Shown: positions 10,059 through 18,465 of the stretch, one piece after another | How the letters are laid out: every line of letters starts with the position of its first letter | Position numbering within the stretch: position 1 is the stretch's first letter | IMG/VR virus record: IMGVR_UViG_3300037961_003327 | Span: 1 to 54,053 of that record | Strand: one strand, 5' to 3' | Origin: a virus | Lineage: Duplodnaviria; Caudoviricetes | DNA: 54,053 bases | Notes under the pieces: generated by a model | Told to the model about the DNA's origin: nothing | Seen by the model: the letters and a program-made list of their open reading frames with translations, nothing else | Database searches by the model: none | Made by a program: the position numbers and the translations under genes

Positions 10059-10223
10059 TTACGACTTTAAGTATCTAACCTTAAAGTTTTTGTTTAAGTA
10101 ACCAGCCGTATCTGACTGATTATCAAAGTCATAGTCGTCCCAGTATATCAAACCGCTAGGCTTATTTTGAGAATTTTTCTGCGAATCCCCCCGAGTAGTC
10201 TTTGTCTTGTTCGATTTCTCCAT
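10059..10223 (-). CDS. Possible 54-aa protein overlapping the 3' end of the upstream gene (not in ORF track)
   Basis: MEKSNKTKTTRGDSQKNSQNKPSGLIYWDDYDF...; fills the gap before the HNH gene. Confidence 0.4.
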   Translation of the reverse strand: MEKSNKTKTTRGDSQKNSQNKPSGLIYWDDYDFDNQSDTAGYLNKNFKVRYLKS

Positions 10224-10452
10224 TTGCTTGTAGCTCTTTAACCATTTGTTCTAAACGCTGACGCTCTATCAGCAACTCCTTACAATCCACAGCGGTCTGT
10301 TTAATAGACTGTAACTCTGCTTTTCTGGCAGAACCCCCAGCCTCAGGATCAACAGGCTTTTTGATTTCTTCAATCATATTGTTGATGGCTACTTCCATGC
10401 TAGACATCAATCTTTTAGATGCGCTAACTGTAGTAAACTTACTCGCCATCAC
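10162..10452 (-). CDS. Putative terminase small subunit
   Basis: 96 aa helical/coiled-coil protein upstream of terL, ending GGFAEKFSK; call is positional. Confidence 0.5.
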   Translation of the reverse strand: MMASKFTTVSASKRLMSSMEVAINNMIEEIKKPVDPEAGGSARKAELQSIKQTAVDCKELLIERQRLEQMVKELQANGEIEQDKDYSGGFAEKFSK

Positions 10453-11038
10453 TATCTAATTCCTTGTACATTAAATCTTCAGTACGAGTTCTGTAATACT
10501 CCTTACCGTCTATTTTAATGCGATAGTCTCGGTTTTCTTTAAAGCCAACTACGTCGCCAACCTCTAACCCTAGCGCTTCAATCCCAGAAGACGTAAATGC
10601 GACTCTACCTCTTGTTGTTGGTTTCTCTGTAAGTTTAACAACTTCGATAATCTCCGATTCTTGAACTTCCTCTTCTTCGACGGGTTCAAGAAGGCTCCAA
10701 CCCGCAAGAGGTTGGATAGCACCAGTACTGCCACTTTTAAAGCCAATAGCTTGATTATTGATAGCGTGGTCTTGATCGTACCTGACAAGGTAGTGATTAT
10801 CATTGCCAGTAAGTGGTTGACCTTCGTTGATAACCACGAGATGATGGAAGTACAGCGTGTCGCCAGGCTCGACACCAGTTTCGTACTTGAACGGGACAGC
10901 CACAACAGGGCCTTCTGTAACTCTGTTTTCAAACTCATTAAATCTATTGTCTATGTACAACTCTAAACCACCAGACGTAGTGATGGTGTCGTTTATCGTC
11001 CTGTCTAATTCGACGACAAACAAATTGAATGTTTTCAT
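10439..11038 (-). CDS. Tandem (two-domain) GroES/Cpn10-like co-chaperonin
   Basis: Domain 1: TTSGGLEL...GPVVAVP...VEPGDTLYF. Domain 2: QPLAGWSLLEP...GRV...LEVGDVVGF...IKIDGKEY...EDL. Confidence 0.75.
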   Translation of the reverse strand: MKTFNLFVVELDRTINDTITTSGGLELYIDNRFNEFENRVTEGPVVAVPFKYETGVEPGDTLYFHHLVVINEGQPLTGNDNHYLVRYDQDHAINNQAIGFKSGSTGAIQPLAGWSLLEPVEEEEVQESEIIEVVKLTEKPTTRGRVAFTSSGIEALGLEVGDVVGFKENRDYRIKIDGKEYYRTRTEDLMYKELDSDGE

Positions 11039-11048
11039 TAATTAAAAT

Positions 11049-11393
11049 TTAGTAACCCCCACCGCCACTTCCTCCGCTAGGAGTAGATGTAGTTGTAGGA
11101 GTAGTTTGCATTGGAATACTCTGTGTTCTTACTGGAGGCGTGTACCTTACAGGCGGGATTACGATTGGTAATCTCCTTTCAATGACTGGCGTTGGAATCT
11201 CTGCCTGTCTAATTGCTACGGTTTGTCTAGACTTTGAACTTACAGGTTCAAGAATAGCATGAAACCTATCTACGTGAACAGCGCCCACCATAGCACCTTT
11301 CTTAGGGTGGATATGGTAGTAACCTCTGTATCTTCTTCCGTTAGGCAGTTTGAACTCCGATCCGTCTGTATAAAGGTTTTCTGTTGCCATCAA
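11049..11393 (-). CDS. Hypothetical phage protein (YxGYYHIH motif, Ser/Gly tail)
   Basis: ORF track; translationally coupled to neighbours. Confidence 0.65.
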   Translation of the reverse strand: MMATENLYTDGSEFKLPNGRRYRGYYHIHPKKGAMVGAVHVDRFHAILEPVSSKSRQTVAIRQAEIPTPVIERRLPIVIPPVRYTPPVRTQSIPMQTTPTTTSTPSGGSGGGGY

Positions 11394-11626
11394 AAATTAA
11401 GATCAAATTCTAAAACACATGACATCTCATCTATGCTCTTCCATAGCATGGTGCCTTCATCGTTTTCAATGTATATCAAATACCGTTGCTTACCAAACTT
11501 GTGAAGATGTCTGTCGTCTTCTACTATAGCAGATACTTCTCCACTTCCCGCTCGCATACCTACATAGTAAGCCATTCCGTTCTTGGGGTCTTTTCCAACC
11601 ACAATCTTTCTAATAAGTCCTTCCAT
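11390..11626 (-). CDS. Hypothetical phage protein
   Basis: 78 aa, overlapping start/stop with neighbours. Confidence 0.7.
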   Translation of the reverse strand: MEGLIRKIVVGKDPKNGMAYYVGMRAGSGEVSAIVEDDRHLHKFGKQRYLIYIENDEGTMLWKSIDEMSCVLEFDLNF

Positions 11627-11925
11627 TAGTTTAATGATATTCCTAAGTCACCCAACAAGTTATCTAAAGGATCGTCTTCGTCCTTGTAGGCGTTATCCAT
11701 TATGGTCTTCACAGTTTCTAGCTCTTGCCTGTCTTGGATATTGAAGCTGTACATAGTCTTCATCTCAGCTTCCGTATCTCCGAATTCTACGGCATCGTAA
11801 TCTATTACTCCGATTACAATAGAAGCAACGGTCCTGTCCTTCATGTCAAACTCATCGATAGTCTCTTCCATCTTTTTTACAAGGCTGTACAATTCAGCAA
11901 AGAAGAGAGTATCGTTGGGGCTCAT
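11626..11925 (-). CDS. Hypothetical acidic protein
   Basis: 99 aa, first gene after the TATATTTG element at 11945-11952. Confidence 0.7.
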   Translation of the reverse strand: MSPNDTLFFAELYSLVKKMEETIDEFDMKDRTVASIVIGVIDYDAVEFGDTEAEMKTMYSFNIQDRQELETVKTIMDNAYKDEDDPLDNLLGDLGISLN

Positions 11926-11965
11926 GTTGTAAATTCGTTTGACTCAAATATACGACAGAATAGAG

Positions 11966-12385
11966 ATGCCAAAATCGACAGTTAAGAAGAAGCGGATGTT
12001 TAGAGATATGTCTAGACTATCTAATAAATATGTAAAGCAAAACCATCTTAAAAATCTAAGAACGGCTATGAACGAGTTCTTAGAAGACAACCCTAGCCTG
12101 ACTAGAGGATATATTTATTTTATGCTATACGCTTACGACTTAGAGTTCTTCACTATTTCTTGGGCGGCAGAAAACTATCAGATGAGCAAAGGCAATCTAG
12201 CTGACAGAATCATATACCCGCTGATGAGTCTTGGGTATATTTATAAAGTATTTGATAAACTTAGCCCTTCTCAGACTTTAGAGGATCACTTGTTCCGTGA
12301 TGAAACAAAGTATAACTACAGAGTTCGTTATGGTCTGTCGCAGAAAGGTAGACTAGCGGTACAGCGTTTCTACAATTCTCTTTAG
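11966..12385 (+). CDS. Putative winged-helix (MarR-like) DNA-binding protein
   Basis: Helical region then IYPLMSLGYIYK...YGLSQKGRLAV wing pattern; lone + strand gene in the late arm; ATG 11966 preferred. Confidence 0.55.
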   Translation: MPKSTVKKKRMFRDMSRLSNKYVKQNHLKNLRTAMNEFLEDNPSLTRGYIYFMLYAYDLEFFTISWAAENYQMSKGNLADRIIYPLMSLGYIYKVFDKLSPSQTLEDHLFRDETKYNYRVRYGLSQKGRLAVQRFYNSL

Positions 12386-12516
12386 CGGCCCTGACCACGA
12401 TAAGCTTTCTTGTAGCTTTTGCTTTGCTTGTTGCTAGACGTCTTCGTCTTAGCGTGTACCCCTGGCCGCTTTTTTTTGCTGTCGCCAGGAGCGTAGTTAA
12501 ATACTTGCTTAGGCAT
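12382..12516 (-). CDS. Small basic 44-aa protein (not in ORF track)
   Basis: MPKQVFNYAPGDSKKKRPGVHAKTKTSSNKQSKSYKKAYRGQGR; start overlaps the end of the endolysin gene. Confidence 0.7.
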   Translation of the reverse strand: MPKQVFNYAPGDSKKKRPGVHAKTKTSSNKQSKSYKKAYRGQGR

Positions 12517-12979
12517 TTTCTACTGTGTAGTAAACCTTATTCTTTTTGTCTCTGCGGGCTCGCTTAATCTGTTTGCGATTCTGTCCCACAGACTTATATG
12601 AGATATGTACCCAGTTGGGTTCTTCGTCATCCCCAAACTCCCAGATCATTTGGTCCCACACTAGGTTGTCTTTCACGAAGTTGAAGATATCTGCGTTTGT
12701 GATGCGTCCGAATACATCTGCATCTAAGTCGAGAGCTTCCCCCACCATGTGCTGAGAGTACTTGCTCCCTCCGATAGCTTTGTTTAGCTCCTTCCCTCTG
12801 TATCCAGAGCTCACGGCAATAGGTACACCGAAGTGATCGCGGATAGGTTGGAATACTTTTTCTGCTATGGCCGTGAGATTTTTAATCTCCCAGTCTTCTG
12901 GGGTGTTGTCAATACCGAGGCGGCTGGCCGTGTTTGACTTTACGACCTCCTTCAGTGATAGATTTTTGCTTAACTGCAT
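12509..12979 (-). CDS. Peptidase M15 family endolysin
   Basis: SSGYR...LNKAIGGSKYSQHMVGEALDL...WVHISY (His/Asp/His zinc ligands). Confidence 0.9.
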   Translation of the reverse strand: MQLSKNLSLKEVVKSNTASRLGIDNTPEDWEIKNLTAIAEKVFQPIRDHFGVPIAVSSGYRGKELNKAIGGSKYSQHMVGEALDLDADVFGRITNADIFNFVKDNLVWDQMIWEFGDDEEPNWVHISYKSVGQNRKQIKRARRDKKNKVYYTVENA

Positions 12980-13056
12980 TTTTTTTTGCTACCCAGCTAG
13001 GGTTGATTCGTTTTAATTTAGGATTGAAGTAGTTTTTATTTGACAACTAATCAGAA

Positions 13057-13470
13057 TTATTGTCGAGGTCTGACATCTTTTCTCATCATCATTGTATTTT
13101 CTTCATCAGAAAACAAATCAACCAAAAATTTTAGTATTTCCTGTCGTTTTTTTTCTATAGTGTCAGGATTCATTTTCGACATTAAAGCATCCAGCGGGTT
13201 TCTAGAAAGACCCGCCGCTTCTCTAGCGTCTAACACAGCCTCGATTCCAAAAAGATCTAAGTCCGCACCCCCTTCAGGGATTCCAAACGACTTTCTCAAC
13301 TTATCGATTTCAGATAAACCCTCCATCTCAGCGTCCCGTTTTCTTTTTGCTTCTAACACAGCCTCCATTCCAAAAAGATCAATTCCTTCGCCCTCGCTAG
13401 TGCTATCCCTTTTTACTGGGCCGCCATTTTGATATCTGATAGATCCGCCGTTTTTTTTCTTTATGTACAT
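13057..13470 (-). CDS. Hypothetical protein with KNGG/YQNGG N-terminus and internal repeat
   Basis: Repeat DLFGMEAVLEA / DLFGIEAVLDA. Confidence 0.65.
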   Translation of the reverse strand: MYIKKKNGGSIRYQNGGPVKRDSTSEGEGIDLFGMEAVLEAKRKRDAEMEGLSEIDKLRKSFGIPEGGADLDLFGIEAVLDAREAAGLSRNPLDALMSKMNPDTIEKKRQEILKFLVDLFSDEENTMMMRKDVRPRQ

Positions 13471-13501
13471 AACTATAATATGTTTATTGTTATTTTTAGG
13501 A

Positions 13502-13990
13502 CTAGCTAGCTATAAATACTTCTAGTTGCGCTGTGGCGTTTTCATCATTAATAGCGATGATGCTCTCAAGATCTACTAAGCTACCTATCGCAGTAGCAGT
13601 AGCAGCGTCATCATCTACTGCTGCGACCCCTACAGCCTTACCCAACATAAAGCTTTTACCAGCTTCTAACAATATAGTTGCCTGAGTGCTAGCGGCAGCA
13701 CCGCCGTTTGCTGCAAGCTGTAGAGAAAGAGTCACAGAGTTCGTACTCTCTAAGTTCGTTACTCTTACATACTTGACATCGTCGTCATCTAAAGCACTAT
13801 CCGCTGTAGTAACGTCAGTTCTAAAGTTGGCTATCGTAGTTTGAGTGGCAGATCCTCCCCCGTCAGCAGGTAAAGTGACAAGTCTCTTGAAAGACTGTGT
13901 AACACTAGCAATATTTAGCGTGTTTGTTGCACCCTGCTGAGTGCCATTGAGCGAAAGCTCTTCTCTAATTGTTACAGTGAGTACTCCCAT
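13502..13990 (-). CDS. Putative virion structural (decoration-type) protein
   Basis: Ala/Thr-rich beta protein, VKYVRVTNL motif similar to the 51475-52301 proteins. Confidence 0.6.
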   Translation of the reverse strand: MGVLTVTIREELSLNGTQQGATNTLNIASVTQSFKRLVTLPADGGGSATQTTIANFRTDVTTADSALDDDDVKYVRVTNLESTNSVTLSLQLAANGGAAASTQATILLEAGKSFMLGKAVGVAAVDDDAATATAIGSLVDLESIIAINDENATAQLEVFIAS

Positions 13991-13994
13991 GAAG

Positions 13995-14002
13995 CAAATA
14001 TA
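13995..14002 (-). promoter_or_regulatory. TATATTTG (-7 element), representative of a repeated late-arm motif
   Basis: TAnnTTTG on the minus strand also at 1262, 7493, 11945, 15914, 16531, 37012, 45592, 47026, 47922 and 52322, each just upstream of a gene start. Confidence 0.8.
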
Positions 14003-14004
14003 CT

Positions 14005-15909
14005 TTATTTCTTTTTTAGGATATTGAACTTACCCCCATCTCTAAAAGCAGTTATGTTATAACCGTGTTTATAGTTTCTAGAGATATCGTTAGCGATGTA
14101 CTTTTTGTATCCAGTAGAGTCTATAGTCCCCTCTCCTTTAGTATCAAAATAATACTGATATCTACCATTATCAATTACAATAGGTATTGCAGACATCTGG
14201 TTATCTGCTAAAAATTTATTTGTAAAATTTACAGACTCTTCGGGTGAGTTTGAATAAAAGAATGCTGATTTTTTAGTTTCAGGAGAATACAATATTATTT
14301 TTCCCTCGCTTCTTATGTTTTGATATATTGGGTTTCCGTTATCATCAACTATCCTAAAAGATCCATCAGCCACTACGGCCTCTTTAATATTACGAGGATT
14401 GTATCGAAGAGGAACTATTTTGGTGTCATCTTGAAATAATTCTGCTTTTCCAGCTAATAACTTACCATCTTCAACTCCGTAGTACAATCCCTCCTTTGTA
14501 TTAAACTGTACCTCTCCTTGAATAGACGGTAGTTTAATTACTTGAGGTGCGTCTTTATATGTAGAGGCATTTCTTACTGTAACTGCTGCGTCACTATCTT
14601 CAACAAACTCTCCACCTAAAATTAAATTTGCATTGACTTCAGGTTCTTCATTAGGATCGTTTTCAACATAGTCTAACCGTCTATTGGATAAGTCGATATA
14701 TTGTGATTTCTTACTAGCCAAATCTGGTAAGTCTTGAGGCAGTCCTAGTTTTCTCCTTGCTGCATTTCTATAAGATTGAGGAGCTGCTGTTGCCGTTGCC
14801 AAAGCTGCGGTTGCCAAAGCTCCCGTTGCAGCTAATGAGGCTGTTTTTTTATTGACAGACTCTGTGCTTGCATGCGCCTCTCTATGAAAATTACTGTAAT
14901 TTAAATTATATCGTCTAGCGGATTGGCGGCCTACTAAATCACGATTATTTTGAACTAATTCATCTAGATTAGGGGTAGAGTTCTTGATATTAGTATCACC
15001 AAAATAAGAGCTAAGAACAGGGTCTAAGTACCACTCATCACTTGTGCCTACTGCTTTTACTCTGTCTTTTAAAAGTTGAGGAGGTATTCTTTCTCCTTGA
15101 AGGGTTGAAAGTGTATTAGTGAGGTTAGGATTGTTTATTGCTAAATCTGCATCTGCTATAACCGCAGCTATTTCTTCTTTAGTCAAAGGTTGTGTCGCTA
15201 AGTTTAAATCATTTAATTCTTCTGATGCATCAACATAAAAAGAGTTTTTTGCTCTTCCTCCTTCTGATGCTCTTTTTTCTATTTCAGATTTTTTGGTATT
15301 GAAAATTTTTCTAGATTCTTCTGTATAATTACGTAGAGACTCATCGTCAAAAACTGAATAGCTATTTTCGGCACTAAGCAGCGCAGAATTTCGTTGATTA
15401 GCTAAGTCTTGAAGTATTCCTCGCCTTTTTAGTAAATTTTTAGCTTCTTTTTTAATTGGTTTTATTAAAGCCTTAATTGGTTTTTCAATTAAGTTAGGAA
15501 CAAGGTATCCTGCTGTAGTTAAACCTAAAAGTAAGTTTGGGTCTACTTCATCTCCTGAAAAGTCACTACCTGTTTCATACGCATTTACTACCTCCGCCGC
15601 ATCTAAAGTTTCACCTAGTATTGGTATATATCTAGCAGCATCCATAAGTGGCCTAACAAATTCACCTCTATCCTCCCGAACTGCACCTTTTACTTCTCTA
15701 AGCTTTTGAACACCAGAAAAACCAAGATTTTTATAAATGCTAGCTTCATCTTCGTCTCTAGGTTCAAAATCACCAACTACTTCTGCGCCTTTTAAAGGTA
15801 CGATTACTGGCCTACCAAAAGGATCTGTCAAAAAATCTTCAGGTTTCCCTTGATTTTCAAAAGGACCGCCGTTCTGAAATTTCTTGTATTTCCGTTTTTT
15901 AAGCTGCAC
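14005..15909 (-). CDS. 634-aa putative head-packaged/effector protein
   Basis: GTG start 4 nt after promoter element; FQNGG near N-terminus, FRDGG near C-terminus; YIPILGETLDA pre-toxin-like segment; hydrophobic Ala-rich stretch. Confidence 0.7.
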   Translation of the reverse strand: MQLKKRKYKKFQNGGPFENQGKPEDFLTDPFGRPVIVPLKGAEVVGDFEPRDEDEASIYKNLGFSGVQKLREVKGAVREDRGEFVRPLMDAARYIPILGETLDAAEVVNAYETGSDFSGDEVDPNLLLGLTTAGYLVPNLIEKPIKALIKPIKKEAKNLLKRRGILQDLANQRNSALLSAENSYSVFDDESLRNYTEESRKIFNTKKSEIEKRASEGGRAKNSFYVDASEELNDLNLATQPLTKEEIAAVIADADLAINNPNLTNTLSTLQGERIPPQLLKDRVKAVGTSDEWYLDPVLSSYFGDTNIKNSTPNLDELVQNNRDLVGRQSARRYNLNYSNFHREAHASTESVNKKTASLAATGALATAALATATAAPQSYRNAARRKLGLPQDLPDLASKKSQYIDLSNRRLDYVENDPNEEPEVNANLILGGEFVEDSDAAVTVRNASTYKDAPQVIKLPSIQGEVQFNTKEGLYYGVEDGKLLAGKAELFQDDTKIVPLRYNPRNIKEAVVADGSFRIVDDNGNPIYQNIRSEGKIILYSPETKKSAFFYSNSPEESVNFTNKFLADNQMSAIPIVIDNGRYQYYFDTKGEGTIDSTGYKKYIANDISRNYKHGYNITAFRDGGKFNILKKK

Positions 15910-15921
15910 AACGCAAATATA

Positions 15922-16050
15922 CTATTTCTTGTTTTTGAAGAACTCAATCTGTCGCAAACGCTTCAGTGCAGCCTTCTTAGTCAAGAATTTACCTAGTAGC
16001 TTACCCGTTTTACTGCGGATTTCATAGGTATTCTTCTTTTTTACTATCAT
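15922..16050 (-). CDS. Small basic 42-aa protein (not in ORF track)
   Basis: MIVKKKNTYEIRSKTGKLLGKFLTKKAALKRLRQIEFFKNKK; ATGA overlap with upstream stop. Confidence 0.7.
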   Translation of the reverse strand: MIVKKKNTYEIRSKTGKLLGKFLTKKAALKRLRQIEFFKNKK

Positions 16051-16526
16051 TGATTGACCCCTGTGTTGTAATCCTTTAAATATTGCTCTGGGGTTTTGTT
16101 TATGCCTGGAACACTGAACTGCGTACCGTCTCTTAAAGACGCAAAATACTCTCTAGTTCCTTGCCTCCCCAAGAAGTGAGACAAAGCGGCTACCTCATCA
16201 GGACGAAAATCCCACTTATCTCCTAGCTGAGGCTTGTACTCTCTCTCTAAATCAACTGCATTCTTAGAAAGGCTAGGACCACCAATACCTTCGGTAATCC
16301 TTCTGTCCATAATTAACTCTTGCAAAGCAGGATTTCTACTTAAGCTGTCCCTGCTTACCCCTCTCATCTCTGGTTGATCCTTAATAAGGTTGTAAAGAAT
16401 TTGATATTTACCCGTAGCAGAACTCCTAGGGTTCATAGCAGCAGGGTTGTTCCTGCTTTCCACATAAGCCAACCCCTTCTTTAGCTTCTTGGGGTCAACA
16501 GGATCTCCGTTTTTTACAATTATCAT
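16047..16526 (-). CDS. Lysozyme-like/lytic transglycosylase domain protein
   Basis: Catalytic-type VES motif followed by NPRSSATGKYQI. Confidence 0.75.
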   Translation of the reverse strand: MIIVKNGDPVDPKKLKKGLAYVESRNNPAAMNPRSSATGKYQILYNLIKDQPEMRGVSRDSLSRNPALQELIMDRRITEGIGGPSLSKNAVDLEREYKPQLGDKWDFRPDEVAALSHFLGRQGTREYFASLRDGTQFSVPGINKTPEQYLKDYNTGVNQ

Positions 16527-17401
16527 AGCACAAATATACTGAATACAGTCTTTGTGCCTTCACAGCTCGTATGGTTTGATTGACGTGGTATTATTTTAAA
16601 GTGCATACGCACTCATAAATTTACCAATGTAGTGTTTAAAACAACTTATTGTGTCACTTCACTAACAATGTAGGCAAAGTTACAGCTTTTTTTTTAAAAA
16701 GTCAACCGCTAAAGTAGATTCTAAGCAAATGGCACTAACTTCTTGAATATCAAGCATATAAATACCACCACTTAAGCAAAATGTTTAATGTTTTTTGCAA
16801 AAGGTTAAACAAAATGTTTGTGTAATACAGATCCTGGGGATTATGTAGGTATGCACACGCGCGCGCGCACACACAAAACACGCTTTGTAGATGGCCACCC
16901 CTGTATATTGCCTGCATTGCGCGTAGATATTTTAGCTTTTGTATGTGCCTGGCTATCAGCAAGTTAGGCAACCTTACCTAAAGGATCACATGAGGTGACA
17001 AAACCTAAACGACTGAGGCTCAACGAAGAAACAGCCATGACAATCCCCGTGATAAAATCCTTGGCAATGCTAATACCATCGGCAACGTATGCGCACAAAT
17101 GTTAAAAGGCTTGGATTTTTACGGCGGATTTCGTATGGCAAAAAATCACGGTGAAAAGTTGCTTTTGGTTTGCGAATCGATTACTATACGCGCGCGATCG
17201 CGCACGCGCCCGTTCGTATTAGGGGCCAGATTTTCTCCTATCAACTATTTAGAATCATTCTAAATTAGGGGTCTAACTTGTTGGTTGTCAATCAGTTACA
17301 AATTAATTTCAAAAAAAGTCGTGAAAAAGTTTGGAGGTAAAGGATTCACCACCGTATGTTTGCCCTGTATCCAATCGGGGGTACATTCTAAAACTCAAAC
17401 A
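16527..17401. other. Major non-coding region between divergent arms (candidate genome termini/pac/origin)
   Basis: About 870 bp without a credible gene at the strand switch; contains alternating purine-pyrimidine tracts. Confidence 0.6.
17330..17362 (+). promoter_or_regulatory. Early promoter, Bacteroidota primary-sigma consensus
   Basis: TTTG (17330-17333), 21-nt spacer, TATGTTTG (17355-17362), matching -33 TTTG / -7 TAnnTTTG. Confidence 0.75.
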
Positions 17402-17590
17402 ATGATTACCAGGTACAAGGACACCATCCTGTATGATAAGCGATATCGCCGCGAATACTCCACAAAGAGTTGGACGGCGTCGAAAGGCCAAAAGGCCAAC
17501 CGAGCGCGAATCATTACGGAAGGACAAGTGGACGCGATTAGCGACCGTATCGAACGCAAAGAGCAGCGGCGGCGAATGCGCCGACACTAA
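17402..17590 (+). CDS. First early gene, small basic protein
   Basis: ATG 17402 after A-rich leader, downstream of the promoter; 62 aa. Confidence 0.65.
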   Translation: MITRYKDTILYDKRYRREYSTKSWTASKGQKANRARIITEGQVDAISDRIERKEQRRRMRRH

Positions 17591-17714
17591 GCCAACGCGA
17601 ACACATACGAACCGTGCTTAAATGCGCGCGGGTAGTGGGGATGCCAACCACGAAAAACACGGGCCACGGTTAAAGCCGTGCCCTAAATTTTGCAAACTCT
17701 AAAAATCAAATAAG

Positions 17715-17897
17715 ATGAAAAAATCAGTATGGGACCACGTGTATGAAAACCACGGCGACCAGTTAAACATGACACGTAAGCAGGTTTATGAAATGACGTT
17801 GGACGAATTGGCCGAAATCATATACGCCGACGAGGAATGGAGTGACGAGCATCAATGCTGGATTAACACCCGAACAGGAAAGAAAATAGAACAATAA
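17715..17897 (+). CDS. Early hypothetical protein
   Basis: 60 aa with A-rich leader. Confidence 0.7.
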   Translation: MKKSVWDHVYENHGDQLNMTRKQVYEMTLDELAEIIYADEEWSDEHQCWINTRTGKKIEQ

Positions 17898-17908
17898 AAC
17901 CATATGAT

Positions 17909-18064
17909 ATGAAACTGTCAAAAGAACAAATTGATCAACTGCGCGAACAATTAGAGGAGTTCCAACTATGGAATATGGATAACTCCGCGCCGTATTGGAA
18001 GCAAGACGATGAAGCGATACAGGGCGCAATCGATGTGTTGAATGAGCACTTAGAAGAAGAATAA
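17909..18064 (+). CDS. Early hypothetical 51-aa acidic protein (not in ORF track)
   Basis: MKLSKEQIDQLREQLEEFQLWNMD...HLEEE. Confidence 0.65.
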   Translation: MKLSKEQIDQLREQLEEFQLWNMDNSAPYWKQDDEAIQGAIDVLNEHLEEE

Positions 18065-18151
18065 ACCAAAACATAACGATATGGACGAATTGAATCAAGA
18101 ACTGTTTGAAGCATTCGGGGAATGCTTGGATTTTAACCAAAACTTTGAAGC

Positions 18152-18460
18152 ATGAGAAAAGTAACAAGCGACGCGGTATCCGCTTTTATGAGTGGCCGCT
18201 TTTTTAACCGAGGCAATACAACCGTTCTCGTAATCCCGCAGGACGGCGGCGGCTCTTTGGTATTGATGAACCTACACGGCAATACCATCGCACGACACGA
18301 AACGTGGAACGGGCGTACCTACATAAGTAACTGCGGATGGCCTACGGTTACGACTAAGGAACGGCTCAACGGACTCCCAAACGTAGACATACGGCAAAAG
18401 AATTTCCAATGGTACCTAAACGGGAAAGCATGGGATGGTGAACTAATCGAAGTGAAATAA
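18152..18460 (+). CDS. Conserved-looking phage early protein
   Basis: MRKVT...GNT...LHGNTIA...GWPTVTTKERLN pattern. Confidence 0.75.
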   Translation: MRKVTSDAVSAFMSGRFFNRGNTTVLVIPQDGGGSLVLMNLHGNTIARHETWNGRTYISNCGWPTVTTKERLNGLPNVDIRQKNFQWYLNGKAWDGELIEVK

Positions 18461-18465
18461 GAAAC

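Noticed and set aside
16750-16971. 73-aa ORF in the divergent gap
   Set aside because: Its VCARACA segment is just the translated alternating tract; no credible start context.
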